NCBI GenBank assembly: GCA_028534125.1
Contig: CM052816.1
Span: forward strand, 46,936,001-47,000,000
Source: Lama glama
Lineage: Eukaryota
DNA: 64,000 nt
Direction of reading: 5' to 3'
Under the pieces are notes generated by a model. That model saw only the letters and a program-made list of their open reading frames with translations, had not been told where the DNA came from and did not search any database. The first letter of the stretch is position 1, and every line of letters starts with the position of its first letter. The translations under genes were made by a program, and so were the position numbers. Of the stretch, positions 25,361-39,300 are shown piece after piece.

Positions 25361-26859
25361 CCAGATAGAAGCATTCAAAGCTGTAGAAGAGGCCTTTGAG
25401 AATCCTGAGATTCACAGTGCCACCACAAGAAACCGTTCATCCTAGAAACAGTGAATGGCTTCCTAAACTCATTCAAGCGCTTGCTGGCTCTCCTATAGCC
25501 TCATCACCCACTCCACGTGGTCGTCTGTCCCTAGCATCACTGTAGATTACTAGTGATTATTTTAAACCACTGAGTTCATTAGCTGATCAGGGATGATACA
25601 TCTGTAAACATCAAGGGTTTAGTAGGTTACTTTGTGGTTTCCATGTAAATGTTGTTGAGTTTGCAGAAGTCACTCAAACAAAGGTGGCATCTTTTAGGAT
25701 GTGAGAAGAGATGAATGTAAGAGATTGTTAAAGGCTAAGGGACTTCTATTGGGAAAGGGCTGATGGTGGGCAACCAACTTAATCAGATGGAAGCGCCAAG
25801 GGAAAATGCTGCTTGTTGGGAGGAAAGGAAGAAGTCGTGTCAAGGAGGTGTTATGCTGTGAGTTTTGAGATACTAGGAAAATAACATCTGGATGGCTGAG
25901 TTTCTGTGTTCTGCATATTCCTGTCAGATAAGAGTTAGACGGTCAGTGGACATTTCTGTACTGACCTGAGGTAGAATTTCAAACTTCCAGAGGAAGAGGT
26001 AGAGTAATAGCAGTTTATTTTAGACTGTGCTCCCACCTACCCAGTCTGTACTCGTCTTCCGGCACCATTCAGGCCTTCCGGAATGGCCTCTCACTCATCT
26101 GAAGAATTTGGGGCTCCACAACTTTTTACGTCAAACTCTGCAGATAAAGAAGGATGAGAACTTAACGCTTTCATGATCACTGCCATTAGGAGCCAAGTAA
26201 AGAGTAATTTTCTATTCCATTGATTTTATTAATCATGGTATAGATCTTATTGTTTGCTTGTAACTTTAAATTACTCTGTATTCCAGACTTTGGGTATGTG
26301 TTTAACTGATTTCTTAGAGAATTACCGTGAGACCCCAAACTATTTTTAATAATTCACCAGAAAAATCTGAATGAAAGACCCATTCATTATTTTTATGATA
26401 ATACCTACTAAAAATACAAATGGGTTAACTATTGTGTTAAGAATTACCATCAGCCAACCTACTAGAAATCTTAAGATAAGTGCTACCGTAATATTCCTTT
26501 AAAAAAATTTTTGAGGTATAATTATCTCTAGGTTATTTTCAAGAGTCTATTTGAGTTATTTAACATTCATATTTTGTTCAAATTAATAAATAGAATGTTT
26601 CTAAAGAAGAAAATTAAAGAAATAAAAGGGAAACATTTTGAACTTCAGAAAAAGTGATTTTTCTCAAGAATATATGCAAAAATTCCAATCACTTGTATTT
26701 ACATTAAAAATACTCACCTATGCTCTCATTCACTCAAGCTGTGGAAAAACAATTAGTTTGTCTGTATAATACAATTTAGAAATCATTTGAAAGAAACAAT
26801 GCTCTCTTCTTGACTAAAGAATAAGTCAACTTTTCTGTTATGTTCATGTCTTAACAGTT

Positions 26860-27075
26860 TAAAAAGCAATATAACTCGGGAATTGAATTCTGGATTTTAA
26901 CTTGTTCTCTAGTACTTGTTAGGTATATGTTCTTGGACAAATCTCTTAATCTGGCAAAGCTCTTGCTTTCTTATTTATAAAATGACAGTAAGCATAAAAA
27001 GTGTCACACAAACTTGCAGAGAAGATCAGATGAGAAAATGTATATGGTGTGGATAATGTATATAAACTAGGAAAT
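26860..27075 (+). mobile_element. MIR SINE
   Basis: 'tcttggacaaatctcttaatct...tttcttatttataaaatg...gaagatcagatgagaaaatgtat'. Confidence 0.65.
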
Positions 27076-28289
27076 CCTACACACATTATATATGCAAACA
27101 CACTCATAAAACATTTTTTTAGATTGGTTAACTGGATTGGTAGGAAAACATCCAGTCAATTGATAATTAAAGAAGAAATGTTTTGTTTTGAGATAGTGAA
27201 CTCCTTTAGGGATTTCTACAACTCAGTGACACAAGGAAGGAGAACGTATGGAGATGAACATGTCTCTGTACTGAGTTCGTACAGAGCCCAGCCCATCCAG
27301 GAGTTATGCTGAAAGGAGGAATATTTTTCAGTGGGACATGGGTGCTACATTCGATCTTTTTATTCTTAGATAACCCTTTAATACTTCACACAATATTGAG
27401 TTCATATTGATAGGTATATTTAAATTCATAGAATGTAGTTGTCAACCTTATCCTCCCCCTCCAGCCCAAGTTATTTATTCACTTCATTGCCTGCCCATAG
27501 CTATGAAGTTAGAGATCGTCTCTTGTTTTATTTAACCCACTAGCACGTATGGAGTCTCAGTCATGCTGGAGCACAAGGCAGGGCCCCTGGGTGAGGATGG
27601 AGGCAAATTCAGTAGAAGACATCATCACTACCCTGTAGGAGCTTATGATTCAGGCGAAGGGATGCACATGAGTGTTTGAAACAAGGGAAAACACATTCAT
27701 GGACCAATGTGCCAGTGAGAGAGAATTAATACAGAAGCTCTGCTGGCCTGAAGGAGAGATGATGGACCCAAACGCTTTTAATTCAGATTGTTTTCTGCTT
27801 GGATATGGTCTGCAGCCGTTGGTCATGATGTGTCTGAATGGTTGTCAAAAGCATGATTTGAAACTTTCACATCTCACAATTCATCTCTCTTCTATTCTTT
27901 TTCCTGTTACCCTTGCCCTATAAATTGGACAAATTGTACATTTGCAGGGTGATTTATAGTTTAGCTTGTATATTTTCATACTTACTGCAATAGAGTACTT
28001 TTGTTCTTTTCTGCAAAATACAGAGGAAAATCCACTGTCAAATCCTACCAAAGAGATAGTTTATTATGTCGAGACTAATTATTATAGGAGTTGCTTTAGG
28101 CAGCAACTGTTCTTTTGTTATACAACATGAAAAAGTTTCATTTGATTCTGTTAAATAACTAAATAATGTGATTGACTCTAACCATACTTTTAAAGTTACA
28201 GTTTGTCTCTCCACAGAGCGCCACATGACAGGGCTTAATTAGTTCTAATAAGCTACACCTAGCAGAGCCTGCCACCTCAGTCAGGATGG

Positions 28290-28788
28290 GCTCGGTCCCC
28301 AGTTTTTGTTCTCTGGTCTCTTTAAACGTTATTGAAGACTCCAAAAGAGCATTTGTCAAAGTGGGTTCTGTCCACTGATATGTTTCCTTATTAGAAATTA
28401 AAAACAAGAAAATTAAAAAATTTAAACATATTTATAATTTAAAATATCAGCAATAAATCCTAAATAAATGGTAATATAAATACATTTTCATGTAAAATTT
28501 ATAGATTTTTTCAAAACCAAAAACATTCAGAAGCAGGCTCCCAACATCATACATTTTTTTCAAATCTCTTTAACCATTAGATTCTTTTATCAGCTTCTGC
28601 ATCAGTTGGTTGCAATATTACACATCATGTAAACTTTGGAAAACTCTACTCTGTACTTGTGAGGGAATAAGAACAAAAGGAAAAATAATGTCTTCATAGT
28701 ATTAAGAAAATAATTCCGACCTCATGGATTCCTTGAAAGAGCTTCAGGTATCCCAATGGTCTCCAAACCATACTTTGAGAACTGCTGG
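28290..28788. mobile_element. hAT-Charlie DNA transposon (Charlie7-like)
   Basis: 'ttattgaagactccaaaagagcatttg...ttattagaaattaaaa' and terminal 'ccaaaccatactttgagaactgctg'. Confidence 0.75.
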
Positions 28789-28789
28789 G

Positions 28790-29180
28790 ATAAATTATAC
28801 TATGATAATCTACAATCCACAAATCCTAGTGGCTTAACTGTAAAGTTCTTTTTTTCCTCTTTCTTATTTTAATATCCATTGTGGATCAGTTGAACATTTT
28901 GCTGTATGTCATAGTAGCTTTCACTCTGGGATCCATTCTGGTGGAACAGAAACTCTTCAGAACATTGTTGGTAACTGTGGCAAAGGGCAAAGAAAGCATG
29001 GAGAAATCTGAACTGATTATTCAAGCTTCTGCCTGCAAATGACACCTGTTCCTTCTGCTCACATACCATTAGCCAAAGCATTTCACGTCTCCTAGCCTGA
29101 CTTCATGAAGGCAGGGCTGTACAACCCTCCTACAGTAGCAGACACAGTCTATTTGTGAATGGTAGTACTGTCTACCCTAC
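28790..29180 (-). mobile_element. MaLR solo LTR (MLT1I/J-like)
   Basis: 'ccttctgctcacataccattagccaaagcatttcacgt', 'aaatcctagtggcttaa'. Confidence 0.8.
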
Positions 29181-30209
29181 CCACTGCTGTTGCATCTCAT
29201 CTGTTGTGTCGAGTGATTAGATGCTCATAGACTTTGATCTTGGTCAGAGTTTAGTAAGGTAATCTTTATATTTGCCTTCAAACCTGCTCCTTTTCTAGGT
29301 TTCTAGAATTTAACAAATGCCTGACATGTATTTCATGTTTATAAACATTCATCATATAAAGGGACAAGTACCTGATAGAATATCATTTATGTAATACTGT
29401 ATATATAGCATGCGACACTTAGGTGTCTAAAATTCCAAGAATGATATATCCAAATACTGGCTAGGTTAATTTTGGATCTGGGAGGAGTCTTATTGATAAT
29501 CTAACTCAACCATGTCATTTAACAAATGATTCAACTGAAGTGTAAAGACATTGAATCACACCATTTTAATCCTAGAAATGGAAAGACTTGCTTGTGTTTG
29601 GCATATATTTTGAAAATGGTGTAGAATTTAGGAGGGCTTCTAGATAAGTCCTGATAAATACTCAAATGACATCATCTTACGGATTTCTGCATCAGAGTTG
29701 TATATCTTCCGAAATCAAAAATTTCTAGTACTCAAAAAATTAAGACAGTTTTAAAGCAACTGTGGCTTAAAAACTTGTGTTTACTGCACTTGAGGTGCCA
29801 CTGGAATAAGAATTCTTTGCTGAATTTCTAGTTCTCATACAAGCTTGAACTAAGTCTGAATGCTTACTGTGTTTACTTCTATTGCAAAAGCTATTTTCTA
29901 AAACCAATTATGCTCATAGAAATATCTTGCAGATGATAACAAAGTTATATAACACCAATCGCCAAGTTGTGGGTGGTTGCTCCCACCTCCAAGAAATCCA
30001 GTTAAGCATCTATGTTTTATTCTCATTAACTCTAGAACCCAAAAATGCCAAACTTAAGGAAAAGAGATTGACTGAATATAAAGAAATATACAAAACTTCA
30101 TTTTCCCACAGCATAGTAAAATTAATCAATGAATAAAATAAACGCTTGCATTCATAAGATACTTTCTTCCTAAGAACAATATGTTATTCCAGTTAAGCTT
30201 TGCAATAGC

Positions 30210-30350
30210 CCAAAGATAATCCCTTTTCAGAGATGAAAACAATCAAGGCACAGTCAGGTTAGGGGAGAAGCCAGAAGTTGCACTATGAGTCATTAGCAAA
30301 GCCAAGAAGCCATGATGATGCTTTTTACTTCCAATATGGTGCCCTGGACA
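30210..30350 (-). mobile_element. MIR fragment
   Basis: 'cccttttcagagatgaaaacaatcaaggcacagtcaggttag'. Confidence 0.55.
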
Positions 30351-33288
30351 TGTGGCTACTGTAACCATGATTATACATGTTGATAAATAAGAGAAATTCG
30401 AAAAGCATCTTGGTCAGAATGTCTGGAATGAAACCTGAACTGTACATACAATTATCTTTGCAGGAAGCAAGAAATTGCTTCCATTTTAAAAAGCGTGTTC
30501 CCCAATATTTTTTCCCATTTTCTTTGTATTCAAAAATCTCTATTGTTTAACTTCAAATAAATGCAAATAGAACTGTGATACAAAGTAGCATTTGTGCCAC
30601 TAGTACCATTAAAAACTCTCATGTGTGAATGGGTGTTTAATTAGGCTGTATTAGATTAATCCCATGTCTCCACTGGTTGTAACAAATGAAAAGATAGTAT
30701 GCAGCGTCATGGGGATAGACATTTAAAGCTCAATGTAACTTTCATATTTTTCCATGTGATCGGTCAGCTAGGACTTTCTTTTAATTTGATGAAAATTTGG
30801 TTTGTAAATCAGAAAACCTCTTAATTGCAAGAAATGCAAAGCAGGAGTTTTTTTTTTTAAGGATTGACATTACCTTTGTTGTTTGATACATTAAAATGAG
30901 ACCCATAAGGGACAGCTCTAAACAATGAACTTCATATAAAATAGATAAAAGCTTGCTCCTTGGGCCTACATAGAAATTCAGACAGAGGCTTGGAAAGAAC
31001 AACTTAATATTTCTAATATGATAATATTGCCTAGGTAGCAGTAGAATATTTGTTATAAAAGGTCTTAAATGTCATTTCCTAATGACATTTTGAGGTAATT
31101 TTAACCACTTTTAAAATAATTGCATATAGATTATAGTTATTGTATAAGAAAAGACTTGCTTCCAATTTAAACAATGTTGGGAAGTTAAATGTAAATTTAA
31201 GTAGTGAAACCTAATTTTTAAATCAGAAAAATATTCCAGCCGACGTGTAAGTTTTGCTTTGTCACTGTACTGTATTCCGTTCAGTAGAACAAAGACTGGA
31301 TGCATAATGAGCCAATGTAAATGAAGTCAAATCAGCAAAAGCATAGTGGGGGAGGGGGAGGTGTAAAATATGACAGTCCATATAATGACCAGGGAGTAGA
31401 GAATTTAAATGTTTAATGCCTACACATTCAGATTCATTTTTCTGTCATCGCTTTGAACGGGTAGACTGAGGTGCTTGAAGGTCCAGAATGAAAACATCAT
31501 CCCCTGGACCGAAAGAATTATTAATATTATTTAATAGCACAGATACGGTCTGCACTCCTGATCATCTTTTTACCACACCCCTCACCCACCACAGGGGAAA
31601 AAAAAAAAGAAAGAAAGAAACCTGGTTATAATTAGAGATGATTAGAAAACGCTGTGTTTATTTGGGGCTTCCTCCCTTACCCTCTCGCACTACATGCCAG
31701 CTTTCCATTTCCCAGCCATGATGGAAGCTCAGAACACAATAGGAACACAGCAACAATATGAGTTGCAAATCCATGTATATCTTTCTGCACAACCTATCTT
31801 ATTAACTCTTAATAAAATGAGTATCCTCTAAAAAAAATATCCTGAGCTGTAAATTGCTTCACTAGTGATGTCGGGCTTTGGAAAAATACTACACATGCCT
31901 TACAATCAACTAGACAGAGTTGTGTTAAAACAGAATTGCTTAGCTCTCGTCTGTAAATTACTCCCCTCCCTCTCCAATGAAGGAATGAATCTTGCTTAAT
32001 AATCTATGCTGCTTAGCATGTGTTATAACTGTACATCTGAAAATCTTCGTATTTTACGTATCCCACACTTTAGGGCTATAACAAGCCTTTATCTTAATGT
32101 CCTCACATTTAACATTTTCCTACATAGAGTGTGAATTTTAGGAAGACTGACATGAATATCATTTAATGCATTGTCCCCCACCATCCCATTTTCTCTCATG
32201 TGCAGTTCCAAACTGTGGCTGTCTTAAAAGATATTCATAAATTCATTTCGCTGTCTAGGCAGTTTAACACACAGTAATTAAACTGGAGCTATAAACAGCA
32301 ATGCATATACATGGACTTCTCAGATTTCAATATTACATTAAACTAAGGAATATTAATCCCTAAAATAAGTGCATTGACAATATGAAGATAAAATTTTTGG
32401 GGGGGTGGGGGGAGATAGATGGAAAATGAATTGGAAATTGTCGTAAATTAAGTTAAATTTCTAGTTTTAGCATGAGTTAAATTACTGAAGAGGATTTGTA
32501 TCTTTACAGCTTAAAAAAAGGGAGAAGAGCTTTCTTGGGCACTGGTGATGTATAAAAAAAGGCTTCGGTTAAACTAGTTCCATGCAGGGGAGGGGTGTGT
32601 GTTGAGGGTTGGGGCCACACAGGAACCTGAATACTTGCTTTGTAAATATTTAAGCTTTTTGCAGGCTAGAATCTAAAGAAGGAATAAAATGCTGGCCTTT
32701 TCCCTTTGAACCCTTTGGTGAAATAACTTAATGTGGCCAAATGTGAATATAGTGAACTTAATCAGTAAATTTGACTGAGATTTATGAAGTTTTTCATTCT
32801 AAATGCATTTACATATACACAAGCACATATATGTACATAAATTTATTTTATTACATCCATTTTACACAAACTGAACCTTAAGCAGTTGAAGTACTAAAAA
32901 AAAAGCCAATCAAAATACTCTTCATATATCCTTACGTCCATAAACCTCTTTAAATTGTCTCTTTTAAAAAACAACTAAATTATGGAAATGCAGGCTGCAT
33001 TACAGAATATTTGCCAGTTATATCTTGACTCTTATTTGAAATTCCCACAAGAATATAGGCATGACAGTAATATAAACCACAGAAACAGGCAAAAAAAAGT
33101 AGAACACAGGGACTTGTAAATAAATCCATGAATATCAAGAAGCACAGATGCTGAGATTATGCATTTTCACCAGTACAGTTCTGTGCTTGTAAACTATAAG
33201 GCCAGACATTGTAAGATGCAGTGTAGCAGGCCCTGCAGAAGGAGGGAGAGGAAGGAGAGACGCTGAGAAGGGTGGGGAGGAGGGAAGA

Positions 33289-33291
<3 letters not shown>

Positions 33292-33369
<78 letters not shown>
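33292..33369. repeat. (GA)n microsatellite, ~39 units, inside a longer purine tract (~33237-33390)
   Basis: Directly visible, with one G-to-A interruption near 33354. Confidence 0.99.
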
Positions 33370-36300
33370 TTGAGAAGAAGGGAGGGGGCAGATAGCCAGA
33401 CACAATAACGCATAATAATGTTAACATTCCTGCATGTCTAATGGCTTAAATATACTGTGAGCCTCACTCTAGCCCCACACGGCAGCTGATGTCAAAGAAC
33501 CATTTAATATTTTATCAATCGTCCTTCTTTGAACCAAAAATATTTTTTTTCCGTAAAAAGGATTCAGAGGCTTCCAAGCATGAAAAAAATTTAATCTCTT
33601 AAATGGCAAAATTTTAAGACACAACGTGGTTTGTGAATACCTCATGTTCAGCAAGATTCCCACCATTCGCCATTGCATCTTACATTATTTACATCTTAGC
33701 AATGTCAACATGTCTTATTTACCAAGGAAACGTAAAGTCATGTTCTCAGTGTCTCTTTTTTCACACTAGGAATGTATAGCTTTACTTTTTAATGTAACAG
33801 AACCCCGTAGATTGAATTATTATTATAATATCAGTTGGACTTTTTGGTGGTGGTTGCTGTTGCTGATTTTTGGTGGAAAAGACTGTTCCCTTGTTTGACG
33901 GATACTATGCCTGTAACAAAGAATGACTGAATTGTCTTAACAAAGAAGATGAAGGCTGTATGTGTTGGTTACAACAGAATAACCACCTTCCAGATCTCTT
34001 AAATCCACAATATATGTAGTGTGGGTCCTGAGTGGCTTTTGTTTTCAATGTCTTTTGTAAGCTTTTAGGGTTTTTTCTGCATCAAATGTCAAGTTAATTT
34101 ACAGGGCGCTATTACTGATATGTTTCCTTGGCTTGTGGTTTTCTGTGAAAGGCAGGCAGCTGAGACCAAGTCTTAGGCTGGGGGGGAGGGGCAGCCGGCG
34201 AGCCCGTAACACATACACGGTGCCAGGGTCTGTAAATTGGCTGCCTGTGTGACAGCGGGCCCAGGGAAACCTCTAGTCTTCATTTGCATGCTGAAGAATC
34301 TCCAGGATTAAACCAGACTGATTTTCATACAGGATTTAGGCCTGACATTTATTATTCGGTTCACAGACCTCTTGAAGGAAAGTTTGTTTTCCACTCATAG
34401 ATGAAAAATCTCCTAAGATAAATAAAGACTGGCTTAGCAGTAACAGTAAATAAATATCTTTCCTGTATTTCTTATGAATTTATCATATATGATTACTAGA
34501 CAGATGTTGGCCACCAAATTACTATATTTTTCTCCTTAGCAATCCTAAGGAAAAATATTGATCAAGGCCCCTCTCAGTATTTATAAAACATATCCATGGA
34601 ATCCTGGAACTTGATTTTTTCATAAATACAATTTAGAGACAGATACTTGATTTTTTAAACAAATTAAAATAATATTCGATTAGTCAAATACTCTGAAATG
34701 CTTAATTTTATATATGCTTCCTGTGTTTTTATGAGACAGAGAAGATTTTGGTTAACTGTAAGCATCACTTAACACACTTTTGTATAAAACATGAAAATTA
34801 TACATGAATGCTACACATGAGTCCCATCTACCAAATTTATAACATAGATAGTTTATTTTCACTGCCAGATAGATCCATAAAATATTCCAGGGTCTTTTAA
34901 CATTTAGGTATTAACTGTCCAGACAAACACTTTTAATCCAATACTTTGACAATATTTTAACTAAACCAAGGTTCAATTTCCAATGATCCAACAAAACATA
35001 TTTTGACACAATATGAAGAAATATGGTAGAGTTGCTTTACATTTTCTGGAATTCATTTTCTATGTGGGCCAGAGTAAAGACTACAAATAGTGATTAAGCA
35101 GGCCTAGAAGAAATTTAGAATTCCTCATGTATTAATAAACACAACAGACTTTTCAAATGCATTGAAAACCCACTTTATATGTTTAATAAATGTATGATAA
35201 AATAATACAAATGTCAGCAATTAAATATATTATTGTTTCTGTCAGGGCATATGGAGACAACACTGTAAAATCTGCTACATACTTGAATTTTTAATGTGTC
35301 AGTGGAACTTTTGAAAATGTGTTCCAGTGTTTAATTTCTTTATGGATATTAACTCATTCATAACAGATCTTAAATATGGACAATATAAGAGGTGTTCTTT
35401 GGAAATTTTTGTTTGTTTGCTTTAATGTTGCATTTTATCATAAATGTACATATGAATCACATTTACTTCTTCAAATTTATTTCTGATTATACTCAGTAAG
35501 AAGCATATATGATTAAAGTTTTAGACAGAATATATCAATGAACTGTTTATAGTGTGATATCAGTATCTTATATACAAATCAGATTATTAACCAAGCATTT
35601 AATAAATGAACAAATGAGTCCATCTAGGTTTGCCTTAATTCAATTACCGTACATAACATGCACACGAATAATCAGACTCGACTAAAAATTAGGTAAAGCC
35701 AGAGAGAAAGAAGTATCACTGTGAAAAGATTTTGGTCATCTTTAGTGTAGAAATATTTCGCTTTTATATGTACATAAATTACAAATGTTAACATAAATAT
35801 TATTGCAAAATGTGTCTACACATGCAAAGTGAAGAGAATCAAGGCACTTATTTGAACAATTCAGGCTAAACCCCTCACTTTCACTTGCAATAGATAATTG
35901 AGGCAAAAGTGTTTTTCCCTTGAATTATCTGGATGATTGCATCAATTCTTCACTTTGTTTTATACGAATGTATAGACATAGCAGTCGTGTGTCTTCAGAA
36001 ATTGCCACTTTAAAAAACTTGCAAATGCAAAACACACTTACGACACTGCTACCTTATGGGCTTAATACCCCGCTGGACTTACTTGTTAATGAAACTGGAT
36101 TCTTAAAAAAGGGGAGGGGTTAAATATATTTTCTTAAATAATTATTTCTAAAGCAACTTACAGTGATGTTTAGCTGTAACATACAATTATATATGCATCA
36201 TGCAAACTAGGTTCCTCCAGCCTTCTCTGGCATACTAATGCCCCAGTCTCCTTCATTATGATTTCTATTAGCAGTCTACTTCCACAGTAGGCCCTGATAA

Positions 36301-39300
36301 TTGTGTGGAGAGTATTCACGATGGTGTGTTACAAATATAGTACTGAGGAACATTTAATTGTGAAAGTTTGACCCTCCACCTGAAATCCTGAAAGTATATG
36401 CTTGAGAAAAAGGAATTCTGAATCCAGTTGTTTGGAATAGGGAGGGTCATTTGCAATCAAGCCAATTTTTAATGACTTTATTGTTGATACACTTAAAAAT
36501 ATGGCTGATACAATGACTTGAACTCATACAGCTATTTTGTCCTTTCTAGTGACTGCATAAGAAATAGATATTAATTGCCCTGCCATTTAAAATTCTTGAT
36601 ACAATTCACATTTACTCACTTTAAACTCAAGATGTCTCTCAATCAAATTGTGGGGCTCTATATCTTCAGTGTAATTAGTATTGTACAATATTCATGACAA
36701 ACATAAAGAACAAGGAAAAGGATTCCTACTTGGTAATCATTGTAAATATGAAATTGTCAACCTAGTCTTAATTAGTCACTGAGATGAAGATAATATGCGA
36801 GTCTCCAAGAGGTGTAACAGACTTAGAACAAAATTCAAATACCCCACAGTTAGATTATTGTTTCAAATGCCTATGCTTAATAAAGTTGGTGGACCCTGTT
36901 TGCCAAATAATTGTGTCAGGCAAACAGTCATAGTTTAAAAGTAATTAAGCAATTCAGCCTCTTAAAATGGCACATGCGAATGTCCATGCCTATGTTGGTT
37001 TGGGAATGCTTGATTAAAAGTATTGCCTAAGAAAAATTCAGTATATTATACTTTTTAAACTTCAACAGGTAGAGAATCATTTTTAAACTTGCCTTTAAAA
37101 AACATTCTAGTAAAGCATTTGATTGTTTAACATTTTTATTATTCAAGTTCTTACCATTTCACACTACTCCCTAGAGAGGGGCCAAGAAAATATTAAAAAT
37201 ACTATAGAAATATACAGGATAAGATATTTGTCACTCTCGTTTAAATTGATGTATGCTGCTGTCCTATAAACGTCACATCGGATAACCCTGAAAAATTACC
37301 ATGAATCACCATAATTACGCATATTCATGATGCTGTTTTGCATAGCGCTAACAGCAGACTGCATGTGGGGTGGGGCGTGAAGAGGGGTAGGAGGGATGTG
37401 ACAGATTAAAATTATTACCAGTATCATGGAAATAGACATAGCAACAGTTCCATTTTGTTAAGTCTTAGAAAACAAAAGCATATCATAAAATTGCGTACTA
37501 ATTAAATAACTCGAAATTTTTCTCCTGCATATTTCACCATAAAAAGTTAACAGCGATAAACTGACTGGAAACATTACTGTTACTTGAAATGTGCTTGTAT
37601 TTGTCAGAGATTCTAGGTACAGGACTATGTCAACTGAAAGGAGAGGATGATTTTTAACTTTTTTTGAGATGGGGGAGGGGAGGGCTGGGGTGATGGAGAA
37701 TTTTCAAGCCTTCCGAAGTTGTACAGGGGTTTCTCATACTGCTGGAAAGCTCTTGATGAGCTGAGTGCAAATCACGTAGGTACATTTCTTCTGATAAATT
37801 TGAGGACTGAATCATATTCGGTAAACTGTTAAAAGGCTCTAAGGGATAGAAAGTTGTCTGGTGTCTATCTCAATAGCTTTTTTGTGCTGAGGCAGAGAGC
37901 AGAGTTAATCAGGGACTCTAGAAGTAATTATCGGCAGAGTTTGGGTAATACAAATGCTTGGGTAAACAGCGATTGTTCTTTCCACAAGATTGCGAGTAGA
38001 AACAACAATACTGGTATTGTCCTCCACTTCTCATTAAGGAGACTCGGGGAGGGAGCGCTGCACTGCGAGGCGGATGGGAAACTGACAGGCAAACTGTGCT
38101 CCGAACGACTCTCTTCTGATCCCACTACCACAAACTCTGGCTTTTGGCATCAGGAGTGCCAGCTGCATCGGGAGAAGCCAAGCCTGTCATACCATCTTCA
38201 CATCAAATCTTCAGGATACAAGAGCTAGAGCCTAGTTAGAGCTTAATGAAGAAACAAATACAAAAGGGAAGATTAGGCCTTGTTAACACTTGCATTCATT
38301 TGTTCTTATAGAAACTGCACTGGATGGGTTGTTTTATAGAACTCATTCTTTTTTTCTCTTCAGCAGAAAAGTTACATTGAGTATGCATTTTTTTATATTG
38401 TAAATACATAGAAAAAAAAAAAAAAGAATCTTTCAGTTCCCCCGTAACGATCAGCCAGCAAATTGTTTTGTCAAAGATGCCACTTGAAACTGTGATGTCC
38501 ATGACAACTGTCAAAATTGGTAAATAAATACTTTTCATTTTTTTATTAATCATATTATATTTCTTGCCACATGAAGCATTTCCTTGCATACGTCGTAAGT
38601 GGTATCATTGCATTCTTTTGAAAAATTGGGATGTGAAACTTTGTCTATTGTTATTAGATAACAAACCATCTCCTCTTTGGAGTGAAAACATTTATGTTTC
38701 ATGGCACCACATTACACATTACTTTTATTTTCAAATTAATTGCACTTGAGAAAAGGGAACCGTATTTTTAAAGTTCACTATAAACTAGCTGGAAAGTTTG
38801 ACAGCAGAATGCTACAATTATTTTTTATTGTTGTAAGCAATCAGTCAACTGTACAAAGGTGTATTGTGTACAGCTGCAATGTAAAACCTATTTTTGTTTA
38901 TGCTATCTGTCAACCACTTAATATGGTAAGGTGCATTCTAAGTGATATTATTCCAAGGGAAACAGAGCACTTTAAAGGAAAAATGTACTTTCTATTCTGT
39001 GTGTAGAGCCTACCTGAGAAAGGTTCATGATGTATCTGTGGCTCTTAAACTTTGGAGATATCTTGAAAGAAGTTGGGCAATTTGTTGGAGACTTTGAAAA
39101 GAGGAGTATGTAATTCCTGGGTTGGGGCTGGAGATACTTGATTTTGACAAATTCTCACATATTTTAGAGGCAAACTCAATGAGGAGACACTTCCTGGGCT
39201 TTGCCTTGCTTATGATGGAAAACATAGGAATACGGACAGCTAGGTGTTCTTTCAGAAAGTAACTTTCTGTAGACGTATGGAAAGGCAATATCCAAACGCA

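Noticed and set aside
33135..33427. Three overlapping ORFs with (SL)n repeats
   Set aside because: Translations of the (CT)n microsatellite
33800..33825. 'aaccccgtagattgaatt' resembling miR-99/100/10 mature sequences
   Set aside because: The seed has an extra C, the 3' part diverges and no complementary hairpin arm is visible
36522..36540. 'tcatacagcta' matching part of the antisense of miR-9
   Set aside because: Only an 11-nt match with no precursor hairpin. I found no known miRNA in the window, though I cannot exclude one.
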